Positions 40,107 through 50,700 are shown, counted from the first letter of the stretch. The stretch is DNA of 64,000 nucleotides from Acidobacteriia bacterium UBA6623 (GCA_002433055.1 DJHJ01000026.1:12447-76446), one strand, 5' to 3'. The notes: generated by a model not told the origin, from the sequence alone. Program-made: numbers and translations.

Positions 40107-41195
40107 ATGACGCATCACCCCGCTACCCTGTTTTCACTCCGAAAAATAGCACGGAGAGATTGTGTGCCATATTTAGCTGTTTCTGTAGTTATATTCTTAG
40201 CGCTAGGGTGTGAAAAAGGTCAGTACGTTGACAGAGTGGCAGCCATAAACAAACCCACCGCTGAACAAGCAGCCCTGCAATACTTTACTGTCGAAACGGA
40301 TGCAGTACCATTGCCGCGTGGTGCTACCGCGAAAGATCGCCGTATAAAAATTAGTCACGATGGGAAGCTTGTCACCGCACTGAGTCAAGGATTCCATAGA
40401 GCCTACCTGTACCCTATTTTCACCCCCGCCGGAGTAGCCCTCACAACTGAATCACCCATTGACCACCCACACCATCAATCAATAACGATTGGCGCGGACC
40501 ACTTTAATGTTTACTACCTCTACGCGACTGATAAGTTAGAAGAGGCTAACTACAATTTTTACGTAAATGAGACCTTTCAAGGTCGGTCCGCAGGTCGCAT
40601 AGTAGCCATTGATTTCACCGCAACGGAAGTGGCATCGGATCATCTTCGTATCGTTCAACAACTAGAATGGCGCGGTGCGCAAGAATGGGGTTCACCCGCA
40701 GAGGGACGCCTATTAGCCCTAGAAACTCGGACAATTGACATATATATTCATAAAACAGTGAATATATTCGATATCCAGTCTGCGTTGCGACCAGCAGAAT
40801 GGGTACTCAGTATCGGACCGACCAGACACGCATACTTCACCATTCGGTTGGCTGATGGATTGCACGAGAGTGATGGTGGCATGATTATAGATTCAGAAGG
40901 GCGTCGTGGTTCTGATGCGATAAACGGCCGTGTTTCTAAGTGGGTTGACTACTCAGGTCCTGCACCGCATGGTCGAGGCGCAGGTATCACAGTTTTCACT
41001 CATCCGTCCTTGGGTTCTCCCGCTTGGCATGTTGCTGAGTGGGGCACAATCACCGTCAACCCCTTGGCTCATTCTGCTAGAAAATTGGATCTTGGTGACG
41101 TCATGGAATTTTCCTTGCGCATTGTTGCTCATGATGGATATATCGACGAAATAGATATCGAAGACCTCTATGATGCATTTATCAAACAGCAATAA
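40107..41195 (+). CDS. DUF6807-like (so-called PmoA-family) beta-sandwich lipoprotein
   Basis: LALGC lipobox; YLYPIFTPAG..LT..P.DHPHH; WVDYSG. Confidence 0.65.
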   Translation: MTHHPATLFSLRKIARRDCVPYLAVSVVIFLALGCEKGQYVDRVAAINKPTAEQAALQYFTVETDAVPLPRGATAKDRRIKISHDGKLVTALSQGFHRAYLYPIFTPAGVALTTESPIDHPHHQSITIGADHFNVYYLYATDKLEEANYNFYVNETFQGRSAGRIVAIDFTATEVASDHLRIVQQLEWRGAQEWGSPAEGRLLALETRTIDIYIHKTVNIFDIQSALRPAEWVLSIGPTRHAYFTIRLADGLHESDGGMIIDSEGRRGSDAINGRVSKWVDYSGPAPHGRGAGITVFTHPSLGSPAWHVAEWGTITVNPLAHSARKLDLGDVMEFSLRIVAHDGYIDEIDIEDLYDAFIKQQ

Positions 41196-41268
41196 ATAGA
41201 GACACGGTACCGATTTTATTTAAACAAACTACTTTCGTTGCGACGGCTGCCTAGCAGCACTTCAATTA

Positions 41269-43062
41269 TCACTCAACCAGGGGGTATTGTTGATGGAAGT
41301 CTGTTCTTTGTTGGTAGGCATACGCCAGTGCTAATGTCGTCGATTCCCCAAAAAGTCTCCCAGTGAATGTAATGCTAGTAGGAGTGCCATCAATTGTGCG
41401 AAATCCATTTGGGACCACGACAGCTGGATGCCCAGTAATGTTAGTAATTGTCAGGTTTGAACCAAAGCTTGGCGCGAGGTAGACATCAACGGAAAGCATC
41501 ATCTCTTCCATTTTTTTCATGATCATCGTTCGAATACGGTTGGCACGGATATAATCTACTGCTGATGTCAGCTGCCCTACACGGAATACGGTTGGCCACG
41601 CTTCGGAGTCTTGACGGACCAATTGATCATCAGAGCCAGATCGCGTCACTTCATCAAAAGACGCGGCAGCTTCTGCTCTTAAAATGGTCCACACACTCTC
41701 AAGTGGGTACTCGTCAGGCAAGCTAATTGGCCGTAATTGGAATCCCATTTCACGACTCATCGTCTTCAAGGATTCGAGAGTTCGAAGATCGAAAGCAAGT
41801 GACTCCTTTTCGAGTTTTCGCTGTTCTGGATCCGTGACACCTATTATGCGACTCTCGTCAAATAGGGCATCGACGTAACCCACCCGGATCGATGACCAGT
41901 TTATTTGACTTGGCCACTCGAATGGTTTTTCAACTGTGGTTGGATCACGTGGATCTCTACCATGCAGAGCACTAAAAACTAACCCGCAGTCATCAACCGA
42001 ACGAGTAATGGGACCAATTTTATCCATACTCCAACAGAGTGTCATCGCTCCGTGCCGTGATACACGACCAAATGTTGGACGCAACCCAGACACGCCGCAA
42101 CGGCTGCAAGGGGAAACAATACTGCCAAGTGTTTCCGTGCCGATAGTAAACCCAGCAAGCCCAGCAGCTGTCACTGCGGCCGAACCGGCAGACGATCCAC
42201 TCGACCCCTGGTCAAGCTTCCACGGATTGCGAGTTTTTCCCCCAAACCAAACATCACCCATTGCAAGAGCACCCAACGTGAGTTTGGCAATCAGAATTGC
42301 CCCCGCGTCTTCGAGTCGTTCGATAACGGCAGACTTCTGATCAAGTATTTGATCACGATATGGCTCTGCCCCCCAAGTTGTTGGATAACCGGGCAACGCA
42401 AAGAGGTCTTTTGCACCCCATGGAATGCCATGTAACGGGCCTCGATAATGCCCCGATGAAATTTCACGATCAGCTTGTCTGGCCTGACGTAAGGCATCTT
42501 CATCGAGATACGTGATGACGCACTTGAGAACCGGATCGAAACGATGCAGACGCTCTAAGTAGAGCGTGGTCAGTTCGACTGAAGATAGCCGCCTAGTAGC
42601 TAATAATTCAGCTAATTTTTTTATAGGAAGAAAAGCGAGTTTTTCGTCACTGGCCGGTCGTTCTATTTTGTGAATATTTGTCTGTGCAGGCGCCAAGGGA
42701 ATCTTTTGTCGAGGAGGAAGTGGTGCAGGTTTGCTGAAATTCTCGACATGAAACATGAGTGCGGGTGGGACATCATTGTTGACAGAGACCGCACGAAGTT
42801 TTTCAAAACCCATAGTTGCACGGTTGATCTGCTCTAGCATCGTATTACGGTCATCGTCGCTAAACTGAACTCCAGCAATCCATTCGGCTTGACGAATCAT
42901 TTTTGAAGTGACTACTCGTGATGGTTTCATTTGGGCGAATAACGCTCGTGCAAAAGTGGTCGAGCTAATACCAAGACCTAGTAGCGTTGCCAATATGGAA
43001 CGGCGCGATGAATCACCGTGTAAATTTTTTGGATTAGAATGCACAAATTTAGAATGGGTCAT
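41269..43062 (-). CDS. Amidase signature family enzyme with Tat-like leader
   Basis: SRRSIL leader; PWGAKD, GSSGSSAGS, GTETLGSI triad motifs. Confidence 0.88.
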   Translation of the reverse strand: MTHSKFVHSNPKNLHGDSSRRSILATLLGLGISSTTFARALFAQMKPSRVVTSKMIRQAEWIAGVQFSDDDRNTMLEQINRATMGFEKLRAVSVNNDVPPALMFHVENFSKPAPLPPRQKIPLAPAQTNIHKIERPASDEKLAFLPIKKLAELLATRRLSSVELTTLYLERLHRFDPVLKCVITYLDEDALRQARQADREISSGHYRGPLHGIPWGAKDLFALPGYPTTWGAEPYRDQILDQKSAVIERLEDAGAILIAKLTLGALAMGDVWFGGKTRNPWKLDQGSSGSSAGSAAVTAAGLAGFTIGTETLGSIVSPCSRCGVSGLRPTFGRVSRHGAMTLCWSMDKIGPITRSVDDCGLVFSALHGRDPRDPTTVEKPFEWPSQINWSSIRVGYVDALFDESRIIGVTDPEQRKLEKESLAFDLRTLESLKTMSREMGFQLRPISLPDEYPLESVWTILRAEAAASFDEVTRSGSDDQLVRQDSEAWPTVFRVGQLTSAVDYIRANRIRTMIMKKMEEMMLSVDVYLAPSFGSNLTITNITGHPAVVVPNGFRTIDGTPTSITFTGRLFGESTTLALAYAYQQRTDFHQQYPLVE

Positions 43063-43331
43063 TGGGTTCCTAGAATACGCTAATTAGTGACCAATTGAAG
43101 ATATTAGGGTCAGTTGCGTAAGTTTTTAAAAACATAGGGTAGGCAATCACCAATTTCTGAACTACGGAGAACACTCGTAAGAGAAAATCCAAAACTGTAG
43201 AGCATGACAATATTAATCACTGCACGAATTTGAAGTGTCTCTTAAATTTATTTCACTAAAAATTCTATAGGGGAAGTCGCATTGATAGGGTACAGAGGAC
43301 TTCTTGAGGGAGGCTTACATAACTATGTAAA

Positions 43332-43408
43332 TGGCGGGCGTGGAGGGATTCGAACCCCCGACCTACTGGTTCGAAGCCAGGCACTCTATCCAACTGAGCT
43401 ACACGCCC
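43332..43408 (-). tRNA. tRNA-Arg (anticodon TCG)
   Basis: Reverse complement GGGCGTGTAGCTCAGTTGGATAGAG...CTGG-CT-TCG-AA-CCAG...GGTTCGAATCC...CACGCCCGCCA. Confidence 0.93.
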
Positions 43409-43563
43409 GTAGGTCCATTGTACCTTTCGGCTCATTCGTTCATAGCCCTTTTGGAGATGTAGTTACTCCAACAAAACCATCCAAACGAACATGGAAAAGC
43501 TATACTACGAGCTTTGCAAGTGTTGCTTGTGAGTTTTACAGTACCGTTTAGATATAACTTCCT

Positions 43564-44298
43564 ATGAAAGGCATTGTTTTAGCTGGAGGCTTGGGGAGCA
43601 GGCTCGACCCATTGACTAGGGTCACGAATAAACATCTGTTGCCCGTCTACAACAAGCCAATGATCTATTACCCGGTTGAAGCTCTAGTGAATGCCGGCAT
43701 AGAGGATATCCTAATTGTCACTGGCGGACGTAATGCTGGTGATTTTTTACAACTCTTAGGGAATGGTCATGAATTTGGATTAAAGCATATCAACTACACC
43801 TACCAGGATGGAGAAGGTGGCATAGCCGAGGCTTTGAGTCTTGCAGAACACTTCGCTGAAGGGCAGAAAATATGCGTCGTCCTTGGTGACAACATCATCG
43901 AACACAATATATCTGAAGCAATAAATAATTTTCGCCAACAAGAACGTGGTGCACGACTACTGCTAAAAGAGGTCTCTGATGCACAACGATTTGGTGTCGC
44001 AGAAATCATTGATGGGCATATTGTTGGAATTGAAGAAAAACCCTCCGATCCACGTTCAAACTGTGCAGTAACTGGTATCTATATGTACGACAACACGGTT
44101 TTTAAAAAAATCCACACTTTATCTCCATCTCATCGTGGCGAACTCGAAATTACCGATGTCAATAACCTATACATCGCGGAAGGCACACTGCAGTTCTCAA
44201 TTCTCGATGGATGGTGGACCGACGCTGGAACAATCGAATCCCTCCTTCGAGCTAGTCAATTGATCGCGCGGACGGGTGCAAATAATACGGATAGCTAA
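43564..44298 (+). CDS. Sugar-1-phosphate nucleotidyltransferase (glucose-1-phosphate thymidylyltransferase/SpsI-like, short form)
   Basis: LAGGLGSRL, NKHLLPVY, LGDN, EEKP, RGELEITD, WTDAGT. Confidence 0.88.
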   Translation: MKGIVLAGGLGSRLDPLTRVTNKHLLPVYNKPMIYYPVEALVNAGIEDILIVTGGRNAGDFLQLLGNGHEFGLKHINYTYQDGEGGIAEALSLAEHFAEGQKICVVLGDNIIEHNISEAINNFRQQERGARLLLKEVSDAQRFGVAEIIDGHIVGIEEKPSDPRSNCAVTGIYMYDNTVFKKIHTLSPSHRGELEITDVNNLYIAEGTLQFSILDGWWTDAGTIESLLRASQLIARTGANNTDS

Positions 44299-45584
44299 CT
44301 TCCGCTATTATGCGAACTCTTTGTATCCTCTCCCAGGTTGACTGCACGGTACCCCCCAATAGACTTAAAGTACAGCCAGAGACCTCCAAATATAAATATA
44401 AGAATTAAAGGGAAATAAGATACATGCCTAAATGCTGCAGCTGCACCTTCTGCGTCATACCACCCACCCATCATAGGCAAAATAAATGCCACTGAGAGCA
44501 TCCCCGTTGCGCCAATGATTGCGAGAAGGAAGGCGCCACCGTTCGGAAAACGCTCAGAGGTCACCCCCAACATGAATGGCCAAAAATATGTCGTCCCAAC
44601 ACCAAAAACGGTCGCCGCGACAAATGCTTGCCCAGGTGTTTCAACGTAGCTTAATCCGACTAAGCCAAGACCTGCCAAAATTGATGAGATTGTTAGCACA
44701 CCCATGGGGGAGAAACGGTGAGCAATCGGGCCACCATAGAAGCGAAGCACGAACATTATTCCGGCTGTATATACCAAAATCAAAATTCCACTCATGCCGG
44801 TCAGATTCGTTATGAGGGATGCAACCCATTGATTGGGTCCCAGCTCTGTCGCCGCCGTCATCCACATAGCAACCCACCACAGCAGGAACATCGGCCGTAT
44901 TGCCTCACGAAGCATCTGTTTTGTCGACACACCGGCCGTTACTCGTTCCGTTGCTGGGAAAGCTTGGCCACGAATCAGGTATGCATAGATAACAGCAGCA
45001 ATCAGAATTAGTGACAGCTTAATTTGCCAACCAAGTGTTGTTGTCTGTGCCGACACATCGGCACTATCCAAACCCATAATTTTTGTGATTACGTACGCGG
45101 CCAATCCTCCAATAATCAGTCCACCCGGCCACCAGGCGTGCAGCACATTCATCCTGTGTGTTTTGTCGTCTGGATAAAGCGTGGTACATAGAGGATTAAT
45201 AACACCTTCCACAAGACCTTGAGCCAATCCCAGCGTGAGCATTGCTCCGTACAAAATAAGACACCCTGGATCCGCATAGAACGCCTCAACCGGACCGTCA
45301 GGGGTCGGCGCAAATAAAATGGCCACCACGGCAGCAATATAACCGAAACTTGACAGAAATAATAACCGCCGCATACCAAACCAGTCAACAAGCGAGCCGC
45401 CCACTAAAATTGAAACAGTGAACCCCCAAAAAGCTGGACTCAAAATGATGCCAATCTGTTCCTTAGTAAGTTGAAAATCCGCGCCGAGTGCATCTAGGAT
45501 ATCTCCGCGAATTGAAAACACCATTGATGTTGTGACAAGCGCCACACAACTTGCGACAAATAGACGGTTTCTGTTTTCGTACAT
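44295..45584 (-). CDS. MFS transporter (sugar-permease-like)
   Basis: About 12 TMs; LHAWWPGG, ATELGPNQW, YFWP; SD GGAGGAG. Confidence 0.85.
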   Translation of the reverse strand: MYENRNRLFVASCVALVTTSMVFSIRGDILDALGADFQLTKEQIGIILSPAFWGFTVSILVGGSLVDWFGMRRLLFLSSFGYIAAVVAILFAPTPDGPVEAFYADPGCLILYGAMLTLGLAQGLVEGVINPLCTTLYPDDKTHRMNVLHAWWPGGLIIGGLAAYVITKIMGLDSADVSAQTTTLGWQIKLSLILIAAVIYAYLIRGQAFPATERVTAGVSTKQMLREAIRPMFLLWWVAMWMTAATELGPNQWVASLITNLTGMSGILILVYTAGIMFVLRFYGGPIAHRFSPMGVLTISSILAGLGLVGLSYVETPGQAFVAATVFGVGTTYFWPFMLGVTSERFPNGGAFLLAIIGATGMLSVAFILPMMGGWYDAEGAAAAFRHVSYFPLILIFIFGGLWLYFKSIGGYRAVNLGEDTKSSHNSGS

Positions 45585-45601
45585 TACTCCTCCGCCCCGA
45601 G

Positions 45602-45630
45602 ATGGTATAAATACTCACATAACTTGTCAA
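45602..45630 (-). promoter_or_regulatory. Sigma70-type promoter of the MFS gene
   Basis: Minus strand TTGACA-N17-TACCAT. Confidence 0.6.
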
Positions 45631-45674
45631 CTAATTAGATTGTTTCGGTTGACCACAAAGAAAGTAATACGCCC

Positions 45675-47306
45675 GTGGAGGGCTTTAGTAAACTAAATTT
45701 GGCTGGGTGCACTGTGTTTACAACTTCATCAGTTCGATCTCGATACACCATCCTAGTCCTAATCTATATTTTCGGTGCCGTATCGATTTCGAGTCGAGCA
45801 CATGCGAACCAATTGGATTCCGACATCAGACTGTTCACCGTACTCGCCGCCATAAACCTCGCTGGATATGACAGTGGATTAAATGCGACAGCTGACACTT
45901 CATTGCGTCGTACAATCCGGGCTGACCTCAGCAATTTCCATGGATCGAGCAAGCAACGCCTAAGAGATTTTTACGACCAGCACAAACTATCAGATCCAAG
46001 CAGCACACTGGCGCAATATGTTTCGTATGCGTTAATGTCCGACGGTCCACCCTCTTTCAAGCTCACTGCAAGCCTGCCAACAGAGTTACCTCCTGATGTC
46101 CGTCGAATACGTGGTTTTGGTTCGATCCTTGCCGAATTCTATAATCAGGCACCCATTGAACACTTATGGAATAAATATCAAGGCTACTTCGATCGAGAAA
46201 TAGCACGCTATCAGGAACCACTAATTGGTTCTTTATTTGAAGCCGCTGGCTACGTGCGTATTTCCCCCACTAGTCGCGAGGTTCAGAGCTTCCAGGTAAT
46301 TTTCGACTTGCTTGGCGGCTCCAACCAGCTCAACATACGGAGCTATCGTGGCAATGTGTACGTCGTTGTGCACCCATCGAAACGTCTCTATGTCGATGAG
46401 ATCCGTCACGCCTTTTTACTGCACCTCTTAGATCGCTTGGCTATCCGGAACAGTAACCATATCAGGGAAAAAAGTATTTTGTCGCGATTTGCAATGTTTG
46501 CCCCTGCTCTCCATGAAACATACAAGGCAAACTTTCAACTGCTTGTTTCGAAATCACTCGTAAAAGCGATCGAGGTGAGATTGGCTCGTCTTACCAGAAC
46601 AGAACGCGCACTTCAGATTACTCAGAACCTACGAGAAGGTTACATCCTCACTCCGTATTTTTTTGACGCACTCGAACTTTATGAGAATCAAAGTGCGGAC
46701 ATGAAAATTTACTACTCGGAACTGATCGAGGGAATCGACTTGCAACACGAAGCACGGCGTCTCCAAAGTGTTGAGTTTGCCGAGACGGCAGCTACACGAA
46801 CGAATCCGATAGTAGCCCAGCCTAAGAATTCAGAGGCCGATACTCTACTACGTCAAGGTGAACTTCTTTTGGCAGATCGGAAACCTCTGCAAGCTCAAAA
46901 AAAATTTAAACTCGCACTCACCAAAGAAGGTGGATCGAAACCTGATATTACCTATGGTTTGGCTCGTGCTTCTCTCGCTGAAGGAGATGCTGATTCGGCG
47001 GCGCGATTCTTTGAACAGACACTTAACTCATTCCCCGATCCTCATGTCGAAGCTATGTCTCACATCTATCTGGGACGCATTGCGGACGTGATGGGTGCCC
47101 GAAAGGAAGCGATCGAACGGTATAAATTTGGCCTTGCCGTGCCAAATATTCCAGATGGGGTACGGGAACTGGCCACGGCGGGACTGATGCAACCTTTCGG
47201 CGCAACGAATACATCGCCAACCCCGGAACCCGACGATGCTGATACCTATGATGACGAAGCTGCAGCATGGGGCGACGAGGACGACTGGGACGAAGAGGAA
47301 GAGTAA
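45675..47306 (+). CDS. Exported protein with C-terminal TPR repeats and acidic tail (start uncertain)
   Basis: Signal-like segment, LFTVLAAINLAGYD, TPR helices (YGLARA, HIYLGRI), D/E-rich end. Confidence 0.65.
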   Translation: MEGFSKLNLAGCTVFTTSSVRSRYTILVLIYIFGAVSISSRAHANQLDSDIRLFTVLAAINLAGYDSGLNATADTSLRRTIRADLSNFHGSSKQRLRDFYDQHKLSDPSSTLAQYVSYALMSDGPPSFKLTASLPTELPPDVRRIRGFGSILAEFYNQAPIEHLWNKYQGYFDREIARYQEPLIGSLFEAAGYVRISPTSREVQSFQVIFDLLGGSNQLNIRSYRGNVYVVVHPSKRLYVDEIRHAFLLHLLDRLAIRNSNHIREKSILSRFAMFAPALHETYKANFQLLVSKSLVKAIEVRLARLTRTERALQITQNLREGYILTPYFFDALELYENQSADMKIYYSELIEGIDLQHEARRLQSVEFAETAATRTNPIVAQPKNSEADTLLRQGELLLADRKPLQAQKKFKLALTKEGGSKPDITYGLARASLAEGDADSAARFFEQTLNSFPDPHVEAMSHIYLGRIADVMGARKEAIERYKFGLAVPNIPDGVRELATAGLMQPFGATNTSPTPEPDDADTYDDEAAAWGDEDDWDEEEE

Positions 47307-47385
47307 CGAGGTTTTAATGTGACTGGAACCAGACCCTCTCGCAATGCTACCTTGATATAGAGTGCTAATGCACGTGGAGTAATCA

Positions 47386-48198
47386 ATGAAAAAATCGACG
47401 CGGGTAATCTTTTTATTTATTAGTCTCACCGTGGTCGCTTTCGGACAAAAACCGAAATCGCAAGAAGAAGTAGATATGTTGTTAGCTATTCAAAATGCAG
47501 TAGATCCTGCGGCCCAAGTCGACGCCGTCCATGCATTACTGATTACTTTCAAAAATACTGAGTTTAAAGAGTGGGCAAATCTTGTTGCGATGACTGCTTA
47601 CAGCAAATTAAATGATTTTGAAAACATGCTTTTGTACGGCGAAGAAACCCTCAAGCATAATCCCGAGAACGTTGATGTCCTGACTATACTCGCCTATGCC
47701 ATTGGCACACGAACAAAAGAGTTTGACTTTGACAAGGAAGAAAAACTGACAAAAGCAGAGGATTTTGCCCGTCGGGCCTTACGAGTAATCCCAACGATGG
47801 AAAAGCCTAATCCAGACATGCTAGATGAAGACTGGCTGAAGCTTACAAATAATTTGACATCGAATGCTCACGATGCGCTGGGATTGAGCGCATTTTTACG
47901 CAAGGACTACGCGGCAGCCGAGCAAGCTTTTAAAACCTCGATTGCAGCGGCGAGCACAGAGAACCCGACAACGTTCTATCATTTAGCACGCACGCTCCGA
48001 GCAACTAGCCGCAATGATGAAGCGATGGAGCTGGTGGACAAATCTATTGCACTTGGCGGTGTTATGGTTGGCGATAGTGACTTAGCAAAAACCTTGAAGG
48101 CCAATCTTATCAAAGACAAGGCTCGCGCAATGTTCAACTTCGGTTCTAAACCAACACCAAAGCCGAAGCCATCTGCGACAGAAACTCCCGTCGAATAA
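47386..48198 (+). CDS. Secreted TPR protein
   Basis: Signal peptide ending AFG; TPR-like helices; Pro-Lys tail. Confidence 0.7.
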   Translation: MKKSTRVIFLFISLTVVAFGQKPKSQEEVDMLLAIQNAVDPAAQVDAVHALLITFKNTEFKEWANLVAMTAYSKLNDFENMLLYGEETLKHNPENVDVLTILAYAIGTRTKEFDFDKEEKLTKAEDFARRALRVIPTMEKPNPDMLDEDWLKLTNNLTSNAHDALGLSAFLRKDYAAAEQAFKTSIAAASTENPTTFYHLARTLRATSRNDEAMELVDKSIALGGVMVGDSDLAKTLKANLIKDKARAMFNFGSKPTPKPKPSATETPVE

Positions 48199-48273
48199 GC
48201 TAACTTTCGAAGGAACTCTATCAACCTGACGGGGTTTCTACGTGTAACTAAAGGGTGTAGCTACTGGTGTCCC

Positions 48274-48990
48274 ATGGCAAAATCGATCGATTATTTAACG
48301 GAAAAAATCGGTTATCATTTCAGCTCACCGAAACTGCTTCGTCAGGCACTCACACATAAATCTCATCTGCCATCGAGAGGACAAGAAAGCCTGCATTATG
48401 AAAGGTTTGAATTTCTCGGTGATGCGATTTTAGGGTTTTTGGTTAGCGAGCACTTGGTCGCAACCTTCCCGCATGCCCCTGAAGGGCAGTTGACAAAATT
48501 GAAATCTTTCTTGGTCTGTGCTGGCAACTTGGTTGCAGTAGCACAACATCTCGATCTTGGCTCCCATCTTATCCTGGGCCCCAGCGAGGAAGCCAGCGGC
48601 GGGCGCAGCAAAAAAGGTTTACTCGAAGATGCACTCGAAGCGCTCATCGCAGCTATATATCTCGATGGAGGAATCGCCGCAGCTCGTGGCTTTGTTGAAC
48701 GAACTGTCCTCAGCGAGAAATCACTCAAAGCGGCAGAAAATAATCTTCCGCTGGACAATTTTAAATCGGCACTGCAGGAATTTTTACACGCGCACAAATT
48801 GCCCGCCCCGGTATACAGAGTTATCAAAGAGAGTGGGCCTCATCACGAACGACTTTTTTCAATTGAAGTCCGCATCGGTGAGTTACTGCACAAGCGAGCA
48901 CTGGGGGAAACCAAAAAGGCTGCTGCTCAGGAGGCCGCGCGGTTGGCTCTGAAGCATATCCAAAAAATAGCGCCGCAACATCAACCGTAA
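48274..48990 (+). CDS. rnc: Ribonuclease III
   Basis: ALTHKS, ERFEFLGDA, DALEALIAAIYLDGG, dsRBD KSALQE...KKAAAQ. Confidence 0.95.
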   Translation: MAKSIDYLTEKIGYHFSSPKLLRQALTHKSHLPSRGQESLHYERFEFLGDAILGFLVSEHLVATFPHAPEGQLTKLKSFLVCAGNLVAVAQHLDLGSHLILGPSEEASGGRSKKGLLEDALEALIAAIYLDGGIAAARGFVERTVLSEKSLKAAENNLPLDNFKSALQEFLHAHKLPAPVYRVIKESGPHHERLFSIEVRIGELLHKRALGETKKAAAQEAARLALKHIQKIAPQHQP

Positions 48991-48998
48991 ATGCAGAG

Positions 48999-49613
48999 AT
49001 GTGCTTTCGATATCCAATGCTACCGAAACCTCTAAAACGCCCTACTATTGCTTCCCGATGCTCTTATGTTGTCCTGCTTTGCATCGGGCTACAGGCAGTC
49101 ATTCTTTCACCCGAATCGCTTCAGTCGACCCGCGAGAAGTTCGACCGCATCGTCGATGGTCACTTAAATGCAGGTGAATTAATTATTTTTAGCGAGTTAG
49201 AGATCAATTCTTTGCTCATACATAGCCCCAAAATGAAAATCCCTCCTGGGATTAGTGACTTATCCGTACAGCTTCACGCCGATCAAGCTATTGTTGACGC
49301 CGATGTTGATTTTGAAACAGTGAAAATGAACAGTAAGTTGACGCCTGGGGTTTTAATTGATTTATTGTTACGCGGTGAACATAAGCTTCGTCTCCACTGT
49401 CATGTGGACTCAGCTAATGGTATGGGGTTAATCCGTATCACATCACTGTATATCGACGATACCCCTCTACAGGGAACATTTTTGGAGTGGTTTCTCAATG
49501 AACTCCTGGTTGATCAAATTCCCGCTGTGAGATTCAATGAACCATTCCCCCTTCCCAAAAACCTAAATTACATCCGCTTAGAAACTGGGCGTGTCGCGAT
49601 CAAGCGGTTTTAG
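48999..49613 (+). CDS. Hypothetical exported/membrane-anchored protein
   Basis: 204-aa ORF directly after rnc with a hydrophobic N-terminal segment. Confidence 0.55.
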   Translation: MCFRYPMLPKPLKRPTIASRCSYVVLLCIGLQAVILSPESLQSTREKFDRIVDGHLNAGELIIFSELEINSLLIHSPKMKIPPGISDLSVQLHADQAIVDADVDFETVKMNSKLTPGVLIDLLLRGEHKLRLHCHVDSANGMGLIRITSLYIDDTPLQGTFLEWFLNELLVDQIPAVRFNEPFPLPKNLNYIRLETGRVAIKRF

Positions 49614-49647
49614 AGATGACAAACCTGGAATTTTCGCTCGCAAACCA

Positions 49648-50700
49648 CTACTCGACGCCAAATAGAGTCCTTTTGTTCTCCTGGTGAGACTCGATAGCCA
49701 GATCAATCAAACGGTCAAGAAGGCTTGGGTACGAGAGTCCCGTAGCCATCCACAGTTTTGGGTACATACTAATTGAGGTAAAGCCTGGCATGCTGTTAAG
49801 TTCATTCAGTAGTACTTTGCCAGTAGTTGCCTCTAAAAAAAAGTCCACACGTGCCAGTCCCCTGCCCTCCACAGCTTTAAATGCTTCAAGTGCCAATTCG
49901 CGTACCTGATTCGTCTCCTTATCACTCAGCACCGCAGGGATCACTATTGTCGAATTCTTGTCACCATACTTCGCCTCGTAGTCATAGAAGCCCTCCCCTG
50001 TAACTACCTCTCCCGGTACCGAAACTTCTGGGTCGTCATTGCCAAGAACGCCGCATTCAATCTCGCGCCCGACGATAGCTGGTTCGATGATTATCTTGCG
50101 GTCGTACTTTGCCGCCAATGCAAGAGATTGTCGTAACTCATTTCGGTTTGATGCCTTTGTGATTCCGACTGAAGAACCTAAATTAGCGGGTTTGATAAAT
50201 ACAGGGTAAGGGAATCGAGCCTCGATATCGCCAATTCGTTCAAGGCAATTTGACCTCAGCAAAGCAAAATGTTCAACGGTCGGAAGGTCTCGTTCATGAA
50301 ATAACCTTTTCATGACATCCTTATCCATGCCAACTGCTGAACCCAGCACACCTGCACCTACATATGCAGCATCGGCCAGATCAAATACACCCTGAAATTT
50401 TCCGTCCTCACCGAAGGTTCCATGAAGTACAGGGAAAACCACATCCACACCAGTCATAGACAAGGGCTCAGGTTTGATCTTGATCGTCGCCACCTCTACA
50501 AGATTTTTAGTTGTTTCGGCTGGTAACAGCTCCATCGACTGGTGTATCGAAAGAAAATACCCCTTCTTGTCGATTGCTAACGGAATAATTTCATATAGCG
50601 TTGGATCGAGGTTGGCTATGACAGATGCAGCTGACCTCACCGAGATCTCATGCTCACTCGATCGCCCTCCAAACAAAATCAGGATTGTTTTCTTGTCCAT
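49648..50700 (-). CDS. ddl: D-alanine--D-alanine ligase
   Basis: GGRSSEHEIS, LHGTFGEDG, KPANLGSSVG, YDYEAKY, NELNSMPG. Confidence 0.95.
   Translation of the reverse strand: MDKKTILILFGGRSSEHEISVRSAASVIANLDPTLYEIIPLAIDKKGYFLSIHQSMELLPAETTKNLVEVATIKIKPEPLSMTGVDVVFPVLHGTFGEDGKFQGVFDLADAAYVGAGVLGSAVGMDKDVMKRLFHERDLPTVEHFALLRSNCLERIGDIEARFPYPVFIKPANLGSSVGITKASNRNELRQSLALAAKYDRKIIIEPAIVGREIECGVLGNDDPEVSVPGEVVTGEGFYDYEAKYGDKNSTIVIPAVLSDKETNQVRELALEAFKAVEGRGLARVDFFLEATTGKVLLNELNSMPGFTSISMYPKLWMATGLSYPSLLDRLIDLAIESHQENKRTLFGVE

Noticed and set aside
40107-41195. Particulate methane monooxygenase PmoA
   Set aside because: Soluble lipoprotein without multiple TMs and no pmoB/pmoC; the family label is misleading
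43063-43331. Genomic island integrated at the tRNA-Arg 3' end (AT-rich spacer)
   Set aside because: No integrase and no duplicated tRNA 3' end noticed in the window
43282-43551. 89-aa ORF in the track
   Set aside because: Antisense shadow over tRNA-Arg
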